Shown here piece after piece: positions 21,512 to 30,614 of a stretch of DNA of 64,000 bases. The stretch lies in NCBI RefSeq assembly GCF_013315695.1, contig NZ_CP054353.1; one strand, written 5' to 3'. Numbering within the stretch: the first letter of the stretch is position 1; each line of letters starts with the position of its first letter. The notes below the pieces were generated by a model, which was given only the letters and a program-made list of their open reading frames with translations, was not told where the DNA came from and ran no database searches. Source of the stretch: Escherichia coli. GTDB taxonomy: Bacteria; Pseudomonadota; Gammaproteobacteria; Enterobacterales; Enterobacteriaceae. The position numbers and the translations under genes were made by a program.

Positions 21512-24065
21512 ACCGGTAGGCGATCTGGTCGTTGATTTGAGTCTGGATGCGGCCAGATTTGACGAGCAGATGGCCAGAGTCAGGCGTCATTTTTCCGGTA
21601 CGGAAAGTGATGCGAAAAAAACAGCGGCAGTCGTTGAACAGTCGCTGAGCCGACAGGCGCTGGCTGCACAGAAAGCGGGGATTTCCGTCGGGCAGTATAA
21701 AGCCGCCATGCGTATGCTGCCTGCACAGTTCACCGACGTGGCCACGCAGCTTGCCGGCGGGCAAAGTCCGTGGCTGATCCTGCTGCAACAGGGGGGGCAG
21801 GTGAAGGACTCCTTCGGCGGGATGATCCCCATGTTCAGGGGGCTTGCCGGTGCGATCACCCTGCCGATGGTGGGGGCCACCTCGCTGGCGGTGGCGACCG
21901 GTGCGCTGGCGTATGCCTGGTATCAGGGCAACTCAACCCTGTCCGATTTCAACAAAACGCTGGTCCTTTCCGGCAATCAGGCGGGACTGACGGCAGATCG
22001 TATGCTGGTCCTGTCCAGAGCCGGGCAGGCGGCAGGGCTGACGTTTAACCAGACCAGCGAGTCACTCAGCGCACTGGTTAAGGCGGGGGTAAGCGGTGAG
22101 GCTCAGATTGCGTCCATCAGCCAGAGTGTGGCGCGTTTCTCCTCTGCATCCGGCGTGGAGGTGGACAAGGTCGCTGAAGCCTTCGGGAAGCTGACCACAG
22201 ACCCGACGTCGGGGCTGACGGCGATGGCACGCCAGTTCCATAACGTGACGGCGGAGCAGATTGCGTATGTTGCTCAGTTGCAGCGTTCCGGCGATGAAGC
22301 CGGGGCATTGCAGGCGGCGAACGAGGCCGCAACGAAAGGGTTTGATGACCAGACCCGCCGCCTGAAAGAGAACATGGGCACGCTGGAGACCTGGGCAGAC
22401 AGGACAGCGCGGGCATTCAAATCCATGTGGGATGCGGTGCTGGATATTGGTCGTCCTGATACCGCGCAGGAGATGCTGATTAAGGCAGAGGCTGCGTTTA
22501 AGAAAGCAGACGACATCTGGAATCTGCGCAAGGATGATTATTTTGTTAACGATGAAGCGCGGGCGCGTTACTGGGATGATCGTGAAAAGGCCCGTCTTGC
22601 GCTTGAAGCCGCCCGAAAGAAGGCTGAGCAGCAGACTCAACAGGACAAAAATGCGCAGCAGCAGAGCGATACCGAAGCGTCACGGCTGAAATATACCGAA
22701 GAGGCGCAGAAGGCTTACGAACGGCTGCAGACGCCGCTGGAGAAATATACCGCCCGTCAGGAAGAACTGAACAAGGCACTGAAAGACGGGAAAATCCTGC
22801 AGGCGGATTACAACACGCTGATGGCGGCGGCGAAAAAGGATTATGAAGCGACGCTGAAAAAGCCGAAACAGTCCGGCGTGAAGGTGTCTGCGGGCGATCG
22901 TCAGGAAGACAGTGCTCATGCTGCCCTGCTGACGCTTCAGGCAGAACTCCGGACGCTGGAGAAGCATGCCGGAGCAAATGAGAAAATCAGCCAGCAGCGC
23001 CGGGATTTGTGGAAGGCGGAGAGTCAGTTCGCGGTACTGGAGGAGGCGGCGCAACGTCGCCAGCTGTCTGCACAGGAGAAATCCCTGCTGGCGCATAAAG
23101 ATGAGACGCTGGAGTACAAACGCCAGCTGGCTGCACTTGGCGACAAGGTTACGTATCAGGAGCGCCTGAACGCGCTGGCGCAGCAGGCGGATAAATTCGC
23201 ACAGCAGCAACGGGCAAAACGGGCCGCCATTGATGCGAAAAGCCGGGGGCTGACTGACCGGCAGGCAGAACGGGAAGCCACGGAACAGCGCCTGAAGGAA
23301 CAGTATGGCGATAATCCGCTGGCGCTGAATAACGTCATGTCAGAGCAGAAAAAGACCTGGGCGGCTGAAGACCAGCTTCGCGGGAACTGGATGGCAGGCC
23401 TGAAGTCCGGCTGGAGTGAGTGGGAAGAGAGCGCCACGGACAGTATGTCGCAGGTAAAAAGTGCAGCCACGCAGACCTTTGATGGTATTGCACAGAATAT
23501 GGCGGCGATGCTGACCGGCAGTGAGCAGAACTGGCGCAGCTTCACCCGTTCCGTGCTGTCCATGATGACAGAAATTCTGCTTAAGCAGGCAATGGTGGGG
23601 ATTGTCGGGAGTATCGGCAGCGCCATTGGCGGGGCTGTTGGTGGCGGCGCATCCGCGTCAGGCGGTACAGCCATTCAGGCCGCTGCGGCGAAATTCCATT
23701 TTGCAACCGGAGGATTTACGGGAACCGGCGGCAAATATGAGCCAGCGGGGATTGTTCACCGTGGTGAGTTTGTCTTCACGAAGGAGGCAACCAGCCGGAT
23801 TGGCGTGGGGAATCTTTACCGGCTGATGCGCGGCTATGCCACCGGCGGTTATGTCGGTACACCGGGCAGCATGGCAGACAGCCGGTCGCAGGCGTCCGGG
23901 ACGTTTGAGCAGAATAACCATGTGGTGATTAACAACGACGGCACGAACGGGCAGATAGGTCCGGCTGCTCTGAAGGCGGTGTATGACATGGCCCGCAAGG
24001 GTGCCCGTGATGAAATTCAGACACAGATGCGTGATGGTGGCCTGTTCTCCGGAGGTGGACGATGA
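21504..24065 (+). CDS. H: tape measure protein H
   Basis: 853 aa, the lambda gpH length. Long coiled-coil/Ala-Gln-rich centre and Gly-rich C-terminal region. Confidence 0.95.
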   Translation: MAEPVGDLVVDLSLDAARFDEQMARVRRHFSGTESDAKKTAAVVEQSLSRQALAAQKAGISVGQYKAAMRMLPAQFTDVATQLAGGQSPWLILLQQGGQVKDSFGGMIPMFRGLAGAITLPMVGATSLAVATGALAYAWYQGNSTLSDFNKTLVLSGNQAGLTADRMLVLSRAGQAAGLTFNQTSESLSALVKAGVSGEAQIASISQSVARFSSASGVEVDKVAEAFGKLTTDPTSGLTAMARQFHNVTAEQIAYVAQLQRSGDEAGALQAANEAATKGFDDQTRRLKENMGTLETWADRTARAFKSMWDAVLDIGRPDTAQEMLIKAEAAFKKADDIWNLRKDDYFVNDEARARYWDDREKARLALEAARKKAEQQTQQDKNAQQQSDTEASRLKYTEEAQKAYERLQTPLEKYTARQEELNKALKDGKILQADYNTLMAAAKKDYEATLKKPKQSGVKVSAGDRQEDSAHAALLTLQAELRTLEKHAGANEKISQQRRDLWKAESQFAVLEEAAQRRQLSAQEKSLLAHKDETLEYKRQLAALGDKVTYQERLNALAQQADKFAQQQRAKRAAIDAKSRGLTDRQAEREATEQRLKEQYGDNPLALNNVMSEQKKTWAAEDQLRGNWMAGLKSGWSEWEESATDSMSQVKSAATQTFDGIAQNMAAMLTGSEQNWRSFTRSVLSMMTEILLKQAMVGIVGSIGSAIGGAVGGGASASGGTAIQAAAAKFHFATGGFTGTGGKYEPAGIVHRGEFVFTKEATSRIGVGNLYRLMRGYATGGYVGTPGSMADSRSQASGTFEQNNHVVINNDGTNGQIGPAALKAVYDMARKGARDEIQTQMRDGGLFSGGGR

Positions 24066-24391
24066 AGACCTTCCGCTGGAAAGTGAAACCAGGTATGGAT
24101 GTGGCTTCGGTCCCTTCTGTAAGAAAGGTGCGCTTTGGTGATGGCTATTCTCAGCGAGCGCCTGCCGGGCTGAATGCCAACCTGAAAACGTACAGCGTGA
24201 CGCTTTCTGTCCCCCGTGAGGAGGCCACGGTACTGGAGTCGTTTCTGGAAGAGCACGGGGGCTGGAAATCCTTTCTGTGGACGCCGCCTTATGAGTGGCG
24301 GCAGATAAAGGTGACCTGCGCAAAATGGTCGTCGCGGGTCAGTATGCTGCGTGTTGAGTTCAGCGCAGAGTTTGAACAGGTGGTGAACTGA
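24062..24391 (+). CDS. M: tail tip protein M
   Basis: 109 aa. ATGA overlap with H. Confidence 0.9.
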   Translation: MKTFRWKVKPGMDVASVPSVRKVRFGDGYSQRAPAGLNANLKTYSVTLSVPREEATVLESFLEEHGGWKSFLWTPPYEWRQIKVTCAKWSSRVSMLRVEFSAEFEQVVN

Positions 24392-25089
24392 TGCAGGATA
24401 TCCGGCAGGAAACACTGAATGAATGCACCCGTGCGGAGCAGTCGGCCAGCGTGGTGCTCTGGGAAATCGACCTGACAGAGGTCGGTGGAGAACGTTATTT
24501 TTTCTGTAATGAGCAGAACGAAAAAGGTGAGCCGGTCACCTGGCAGGGGCGACAGTATCAGCCGTATCCCATTCAGGGGAGCGGTTTTGAACTGAATGGC
24601 AAAGGCACCAGTACGCGCCCCACGCTGACGGTTTCTAACCTGTACGGTATGGTCACCGGGATGGCGGAAGATATGCAGAGTCTGGTCGGCGGAACGGTGG
24701 TCCGGCGTAAGGTTTACGCCCGTTTTCTGGATGCGGTGAACTTCGTCAACGGAAACAGTTACGCCGATCCGGAGCAGGAGGTGATCAGCCGCTGGCGCAT
24801 TGAGCAGTGCAGCGAACTGAGCGCGGTGAGTGCCTCCTTTGTACTGTCCACGCCGACGGAAACGGATGGCGCTGTTTTTCCGGGACGTATCATGCTGGCC
24901 AACACCTGCACCTGGACCTATCGCGGTGACGAGTGCGGTTATAGCGGTCCGGCTGTCGCGGATGAATATGACCAGCCAACGTCCGATATCACGAAGGATA
25001 AATGCAGCAAATGCCTGAGCGGTTGTAAGTTCCGCAATAACGTCGGCAACTTTGGCGGCTTCCTTTCCATTAACAAACTTTCGCAGTAA
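24391..25089 (+). CDS. L: tail tip protein L
   Basis: 232 aa. C-terminal Cys cluster (CTWTYRGDECGY...CSKCLSGC). Confidence 0.9.
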   Translation: MQDIRQETLNECTRAEQSASVVLWEIDLTEVGGERYFFCNEQNEKGEPVTWQGRQYQPYPIQGSGFELNGKGTSTRPTLTVSNLYGMVTGMAEDMQSLVGGTVVRRKVYARFLDAVNFVNGNSYADPEQEVISRWRIEQCSELSAVSASFVLSTPTETDGAVFPGRIMLANTCTWTYRGDECGYSGPAVADEYDQPTSDITKDKCSKCLSGCKFRNNVGNFGGFLSINKLSQ

Positions 25090-25094
25090 ATCCC

Positions 25095-25838
25095 ATGACA
25101 CAGACAGAATCAGCGATTCTGGCGCACGCCCGGCGATGTGCGCCAGCGGAGTCGTGCGGCTTCGTGGTAAGCACGCCGGAGGGGGAAAGATATTTCCCCT
25201 GCGTGAATATCTCCGGTGAGCCGGAGGCGTATTTCCGTATGTCGCCGGAAGACTGGCTGCAGGCAGAAATGCAGGGTGAGATTGTGGCGCTGGTCCACAG
25301 CCACCCCGGTGGCCTGCCCTGGCTGAGTGAGGCCGACCGGCGGCTGCAGGTGCAGAGTGATTTGCCGTGGTGGCTGGTCTGCCGGGGGACGATTCATAAG
25401 TTCCGCTGTGTGCCGCATCTCACCGGGCGGCGCTTTGAGCACGGTGTGACGGACTGTTACACACTGTTCCGGGATGCTTATCATCTGGCGGGGATTGAGA
25501 TGCCGGACTTTCATCGTGAGGATGACTGGTGGCGTAACGGCCAGAATCTCTATCTGGATAATCTGGAGGCGACGGGGCTGTATCAGGTGCCGTTGTCAGC
25601 GGCACAGCCGGGCGATGTGCTGCTGTGCTGTTTTGGTTCATCGGTGCCGAATCACGCCGCAATTTACTGCGGCGACGGCGAGCTGCTGCACCATATTCCT
25701 GAACAACTGAGCAAACGAGAGAGGTACACCGACAAATGGCAGCGACGCACACACTCCCTCTGGCGTCACCGGGCATGGCGCGCATCTGCCTTTACGGGGA
25801 TTTACAACGATTTGGTCGCCGCATCGACCTTCGTGTGA
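25095..25838 (+). CDS. K: tail tip assembly protein K (JAMM/MPN + NlpC/P60 domains); long form from ATG 25095
   Basis: 247-aa ORF. JAMM motif HSHPGGLPWLSEAD with an upstream Glu in PAESCGF. NlpC/P60-like Cys (VTDCYTLF) and His (NHAAIY). The Met matching the classical 199-aa lambda K start is at 25239. Confidence 0.8.
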   Translation: MTQTESAILAHARRCAPAESCGFVVSTPEGERYFPCVNISGEPEAYFRMSPEDWLQAEMQGEIVALVHSHPGGLPWLSEADRRLQVQSDLPWWLVCRGTIHKFRCVPHLTGRRFEHGVTDCYTLFRDAYHLAGIEMPDFHREDDWWRNGQNLYLDNLEATGLYQVPLSAAQPGDVLLCCFGSSVPNHAAIYCGDGELLHHIPEQLSKRERYTDKWQRRTHSLWRHRAWRASAFTGIYNDLVAASTFV

Positions 25839-26407
25839 AAACGGGGGCTGAAGCCATCCGGGCACTGGCCACACAGCTCCCGGCGTTTCGTCAGAAACTG
25901 AGCGACGGCTGGTATCAGGTACGGATTGCCGGGCGGGACGTCAGCACGTCCGGGTTAACGGCGCAGTTACATGAGACTCTGCCTGATGGCGCTGTGATTC
26001 ATATTGTTCCCAGAGTCGCCGGGGCCAAGTCAGGTGGCGTATTCCAGATTGTCCTGGGGGCTGCCGCCATTGCCGGATCATTCTTTACCGCCGGAGCCAC
26101 CCTTGCAGCATGGGGGGCAGCCATTGGGGCCGGTGGTATGACCGGCATCCTGTTTTCTCTCGGTGCCAGTATGGTGCTCGGTGGTGTGGCGCAGATGCTG
26201 GCACCGAAAGCCAGAACTCCCCGTACACAGACAACGGATAACGGTAAGCAGAACACCTATTTCTCCTCACTGGATAACATGGTTGCCCAGGGCAATGTTC
26301 TGCCTGTTCTGTACGGGGAAATGCGCGTGGGGTCACGCGTGGTTTCTCAGGAGATCAGCACGGCAGACGAAGGGGACGGTGGTCAGGTTGTGGTGATTGG
26401 TCGCTGA
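25736..26407 (+). CDS. I: tail tip assembly protein I
   Basis: 223 aa. Overlaps the K 3' end as in lambda. Hydrophobic Gly/Ala-rich centre. Confidence 0.85.
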   Translation: MAATHTLPLASPGMARICLYGDLQRFGRRIDLRVKTGAEAIRALATQLPAFRQKLSDGWYQVRIAGRDVSTSGLTAQLHETLPDGAVIHIVPRVAGAKSGGVFQIVLGAAAIAGSFFTAGATLAAWGAAIGAGGMTGILFSLGASMVLGGVAQMLAPKARTPRTQTTDNGKQNTYFSSLDNMVAQGNVLPVLYGEMRVGSRVVSQEISTADEGDGGQVVVIGR

Positions 26408-26467
26408 TGCAAAATGTTTTATGTGAAACCGCCTGCGGGCGGTTTTGTCATTTATGGAGCGTGAGGA

Positions 26468-29400
26468 ATGGGTAAAGGAAGCAGTAAGGGGCATACCCCG
26501 CGCGAAGCGAAGGACAACCTGAAGTCCACGCAGTTGCTGAGTGTGATCGATGCCATCAGCGAAGGGCCGGTTGAAGGTCCGGTGGATGGATTAAAAAGCG
26601 TGCTGCTGAACAGTACGCCGGTGCTGGACACTGAGGGGAATACCAACATCTCCGGTGTCACGGTGGTGTTCCGTGCCGGTGAGCAGGAGCAGACACCGCC
26701 GGAGGGGTTTGAATCCTCCGGCTCCGAGACGGTGCTGGGTACGGAAGTGAAATATGACACGCCGATCACCCGCACCATTACGTCTGCAAACATCGACCGT
26801 CTGCGCTTTACCTTCGGTGTACAGGCACTGGTGGAAACCACCTCAAAGGGTGACAGGAATCCGTCGGAAGTCCGTCTGCTGGTTCAGATACAACGTAACG
26901 GTGGCTGGGTGACGGAAAAAGACATCACCATTAAGGGCAAAACCACCTCGCAGTATCTGGCCTCGGTGGTGGTGGGTAACCTGCCGCCGCGCCCGTTTAA
27001 TATCCGGATGCGCAGGATGACGCCGGACAGCACCACAGACCAGCTGCAGAACAAAACGCTCTGGTCGTCATACACCGAAATCATCGATGTGAAACAGTGC
27101 TACCCGAACACGGCACTGGTCGGCGTGCAGGTGGACTCGGAGCAGTTCGGCAGCCAGCAGGTGAGCCGTAATTATCATCTTCGCGGGCGCATTCTGCAGG
27201 TGCCGTCGAACTATAACCCGCAGACGCGGCAATACAGCGGTATCTGGGACGGAACGTTTAAGCCGGCATACAGCAACAACCCGGCCTGGTGTCTGTGGGA
27301 TATGCTGACCCACCCGCGCTACGGCATGGGGAAACGTCTTGGTGCGGCGGATGTGGATAAATGGGCGCTGTATGTCATCGGCCAGTACTGCGACCAGTCA
27401 GTGCCGGACGGTTTTGGCGGCACGGAGCCGCGCATCACCTGTAATGCCTGGCTGACCACGCAGCGTAAGGCGTGGGATGTGCTCAGTGATTTCTGCTCGG
27501 CGATGCGCTGTATGCCGGTATGGAACGGGCAGACGCTGACGTTCGTGCAGGACCGACCATCAGATAAGGTGTGGACCTATAACCGCAGTAATGTGGTGAT
27601 GCCGGATGATGGCGCGCCGTTCCGCTACAGCTTCAGCGCCCTGAAGGACCGCCATAATGCCGTTGAGGTGAACTGGATTGACCCGAACAACGGCTGGGAG
27701 ACGGCGACAGAGCTTGTTGAAGATACGCAGGCCATTGTCCGTTACGGTCGTAATGTCACGAAGATGGATGCCTTTGGCTGTACCAGCCGGGGGCAGGCAC
27801 ACCGCGCCGGGCTGTGGCTGATTAAAACTGAACTGCTGGAGACGCAGACCGTGGATTTCAGCGTGGGTGCTGAAGGGCTTCGCCATGTACCGGGCGATGT
27901 CATTGAAATCTGCGATGATGACTATGCCGGTATCAGCACCGGTGGTCGCGTGCTGGCGGTGAACAGCCAGACCCGGACGCTGACGCTCGACCGTGAAATC
28001 ACGCTGCCATCCTCCGGTACCACGCTGATAAGCCTGGTTGACGGAAGTGGTAATCCGGTCAGCGTGGAGGTTCAGTCCGTCACCGACGGACTTAAGGTGA
28101 AAGTGAACCGGGTTCCTGACGGCGTTGCAGAATACAGTGTGTGGGGGCTGAAGTTGCCGACGTTGCGTCAGCGCCTGTTCCGCTGTGTGAGTATCCGTGA
28201 GAACGATGACGGCACGTATGCCATCACTGCCGTGCAGCATGTACCGGAAAAAGAAGCCATCGTGGATAACGGGGCGCACTTTGACGGCGACCAGAGCGGC
28301 ACGGTGAATGGTGTCACGCCGCCAGCGGTGCAGCACCTGACCGCCGAAGTCACCGCAGACAGCGGGGAATATCAGGTGCTGGCGCGCTGGGACACGCCGA
28401 AGGTGGTGAAGGGCGTGAGCTTCCTGCTCCGTCTGACCGTAACAGCGGATGACGGCAGTGAGCGGCTGGTCAGCACGGCCCGGACGACGGAAACCACATA
28501 CCGCTTCACGCAACTGGCGCTGGGGAACTACAGACTGACAGTCCGGGCGGTAAATGCGTGGGGGCAGCAGGGCGATCCGGCGTCGGTATCGTTCCGGATT
28601 GCCGCACCGGCAGCACCGTCGAGGATTGAGCTGACGCCGGGCTATTTTCAGATAACCGCCACGCCGCATCTTGCCGTTTATGACCCGACGGTACAGTTTG
28701 AGTTCTGGTTCTCGGAAAAGCGGATTACCGATATCAGGCAGGTTGAAACCACAGCCCGCTATCTTGGTACGGCGCTGTACTGGATAGCCGCCAGTATCAA
28801 TATCAAACCGGGCCATGATTATTACTTTTATATCCGCAGTGTGAACACCGTTGGCAAATCGGCATTCGTGGAGGCTGTCGGTCAGGCGAGCGATGATGCG
28901 GAAGGTTACCTGGATTTTTTCAAAGGCCAGATAACCGAATCCCATCTCGGCAAGGAGCTGCTGGAAAAAGTCGAGCTGACGGAGGATAACGCCAGCAGAC
29001 TGGAGGAGTTTTCGAAAGAGTGGCAGGACGCTAACGATAAGTGGAATGCCATGTGGGGCGTCAAAATTGAGCAGACCAAAGACGGCAAACATTATGTCGC
29101 GGGTATTGGCCTCAGCATGGAGGACACGGAAGAAGGCAAGCTGAGCCAGTTTCTGGTTGCCGCTAACCGTATCGCGTTTATTGACCCGGCAAACGGGAAT
29201 GAAACGCCGATGTTTGTGGCGCAGGGCAATCAGATATTTATGAACGACGTGTTCCTGAAGCGCCTGACGGCCCCGACCATTACCAGTGGTGGAAATCCAC
29301 CGGCATTTTCCCTGACATCAGACGGAAAGCTGACCGCTAAAAATGCGGATATCAGTGGCAGAGTGAATGCGAACGCCGGGACGCTCAACAATGTCACGGT

Positions 29401-29881
29401 AAATGAAAACTGTACGATTAAGGGCATGCTGGAGGCGACTCAGGTCAGAGGTGACTTCGTTAAAGCTGTATCCAAATCATTCCCGAAACAGGCTGGTACG
29501 TGGGGTAACACGGAAACACCAAACGGGACGGTTACAGTCACCATCAGCGATGATCATAACTTTGACCGTCAAATCATTATTCCGCCCATTATCTTTAACG
29601 GAATAGCGTATAGCGATCCGGGAAGTGGTAATAACCCGGGAGGTACAAGATACACGGGTTATGGTTTTGAAGTTCGCAAAAACGGTGTATTAATCGCATC
29701 CAGAGAAACTAAAGGGGCCATTCCCGGTAGCTACAGTGCGGTTATTGATATGCCGAGTGGCAGGGGAAGCGTCACTCTGGAGTTTAAGGTTTTCCATAAA
29801 GGCAATCAGTGGGCAGGTAATATCACCGACTGTACGGTGATTGTGACCAAAAAAGCCGCTTCCGGCATCAGTATTCGTTGA
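26468..29881 (+). CDS. J: central tail fibre / host-specificity protein J with a non-lambda C-terminal receptor-binding region
   Basis: 1137 aa (lambda gpJ is 1132 as I recall). Lambda-like to about residue 960-980, after which the sequence departs from my memory of lambda J. Confidence 0.95.
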   Translation: MGKGSSKGHTPREAKDNLKSTQLLSVIDAISEGPVEGPVDGLKSVLLNSTPVLDTEGNTNISGVTVVFRAGEQEQTPPEGFESSGSETVLGTEVKYDTPITRTITSANIDRLRFTFGVQALVETTSKGDRNPSEVRLLVQIQRNGGWVTEKDITIKGKTTSQYLASVVVGNLPPRPFNIRMRRMTPDSTTDQLQNKTLWSSYTEIIDVKQCYPNTALVGVQVDSEQFGSQQVSRNYHLRGRILQVPSNYNPQTRQYSGIWDGTFKPAYSNNPAWCLWDMLTHPRYGMGKRLGAADVDKWALYVIGQYCDQSVPDGFGGTEPRITCNAWLTTQRKAWDVLSDFCSAMRCMPVWNGQTLTFVQDRPSDKVWTYNRSNVVMPDDGAPFRYSFSALKDRHNAVEVNWIDPNNGWETATELVEDTQAIVRYGRNVTKMDAFGCTSRGQAHRAGLWLIKTELLETQTVDFSVGAEGLRHVPGDVIEICDDDYAGISTGGRVLAVNSQTRTLTLDREITLPSSGTTLISLVDGSGNPVSVEVQSVTDGLKVKVNRVPDGVAEYSVWGLKLPTLRQRLFRCVSIRENDDGTYAITAVQHVPEKEAIVDNGAHFDGDQSGTVNGVTPPAVQHLTAEVTADSGEYQVLARWDTPKVVKGVSFLLRLTVTADDGSERLVSTARTTETTYRFTQLALGNYRLTVRAVNAWGQQGDPASVSFRIAAPAAPSRIELTPGYFQITATPHLAVYDPTVQFEFWFSEKRITDIRQVETTARYLGTALYWIAASINIKPGHDYYFYIRSVNTVGKSAFVEAVGQASDDAEGYLDFFKGQITESHLGKELLEKVELTEDNASRLEEFSKEWQDANDKWNAMWGVKIEQTKDGKHYVAGIGLSMEDTEEGKLSQFLVAANRIAFIDPANGNETPMFVAQGNQIFMNDVFLKRLTAPTITSGGNPPAFSLTSDGKLTAKNADISGRVNANAGTLNNVTVNENCTIKGMLEATQVRGDFVKAVSKSFPKQAGTWGNTETPNGTVTVTISDDHNFDRQIIIPPIIFNGIAYSDPGSGNNPGGTRYTGYGFEVRKNGVLIASRETKGAIPGSYSAVIDMPSGRGSVTLEFKVFHKGNQWAGNITDCTVIVTKKAASGISIR

Positions 29882-29900
29882 AATTGTTATAACCCATATA

Positions 29901-29926
29901 AGGGCACCAGAAATGGTGCCTTTTTT
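29901..29926 (+). terminator. rho-independent terminator after J
   Basis: GGGCACC-AGAAAT-GGTGCC followed by TTTTTTATT. Confidence 0.6.
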
Positions 29927-29950
29927 ATTGCAGAAAAGCGAGAGGTAATT

Positions 29951-30550
29951 ATGCGTAAACTTTATGCCGCCATTTTGTCCGCAGCCATTTGTCTGGCCGT
30001 ATCCGGTGCGCCTGCATGGGCATCTGAACATCAGTCCACGCTGAGCGCGGGGTATCTTCATGCCCGGACCAACGTTCCCGGCAGTGATGATCTGAACGGG
30101 ATTAACGTGAAATACCGTTATGAGTTTACGGATACGCTGGGGCTGGTGACGTCATTCAGCTATGCAGGAGACAAGAATCGCCAGCTGACCCGTTACAGCG
30201 ATACCAGCTGGCATGAAGATTCCGTGCGTAACCGCTGGTTCAGCGTGATGGCGGGGCCGTCTGTGCGCGTGAATGAATGGTTCAGCGCGTATGCGATGGC
30301 GGGTATGGCTTACAGCCGTGTTTCGACTTTTTCCGGGGATTACCTTCGCGTAACTGACAACAAGGGGAAAACGCACGATGTGCTGACCGGAAGTGATGAC
30401 GGTCGCCACAGCAACACGTCTCTGGCGTGGGGGGCTGGCGTGCAGTTTAACCCGACCGAATCCGTGGCCATTGATATTGCTTATGAAGGTTCTGGCAGTG
30501 GTGACTGGCGCACTGACGGTTTCATCGTGGGTGTCGGTTATAAATTCTGA
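29951..30550 (+). CDS. lom: Ail/Lom-family outer-membrane protein Lom
   Basis: 199 aa. Signal peptide MRKLYAAILSAAICLAVSGAPAWA and an 8-strand beta-barrel ending GFIVGVGYKF. Confidence 0.9.
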   Translation: MRKLYAAILSAAICLAVSGAPAWASEHQSTLSAGYLHARTNVPGSDDLNGINVKYRYEFTDTLGLVTSFSYAGDKNRQLTRYSDTSWHEDSVRNRWFSVMAGPSVRVNEWFSAYAMAGMAYSRVSTFSGDYLRVTDNKGKTHDVLTGSDDGRHSNTSLAWGAGVQFNPTESVAIDIAYEGSGSGDWRTDGFIVGVGYKF

Positions 30551-30576
30551 TTAGCCAGGTAACACAGTGTTATGAC

Positions 30577-30603
30577 AGCCCGCCGGTTCAGGTGGGCTTT
30601 TTT
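30577..30603 (+). terminator. rho-independent terminator after lom
   Basis: AGCCCGCC-GGTTCA-GGTGGGCT followed by TTTTTTG. Confidence 0.6.
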
Positions 30604-30614
30604 GTGGGGGGAAT

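Noticed and set aside
23658-25101. 221-aa and 270-aa minus-strand ORFs spanning the H-M-L junctions
   Set aside because: Antisense to H, M and L, with Arg/Pro-rich low-complexity translation. Lambda has no genes on this strand here.
27560-29092. 510-aa ORF on the minus strand inside J, the longest unexplained ORF in the track
   Set aside because: It lies entirely antisense to the strongly supported J gene. Its composition is Arg/His/Gln/Pro-rich and low-complexity, with no RBS or recognisable domain. Long antisense ORFs are expected opposite GC-rich genes with lambda-like codon bias.
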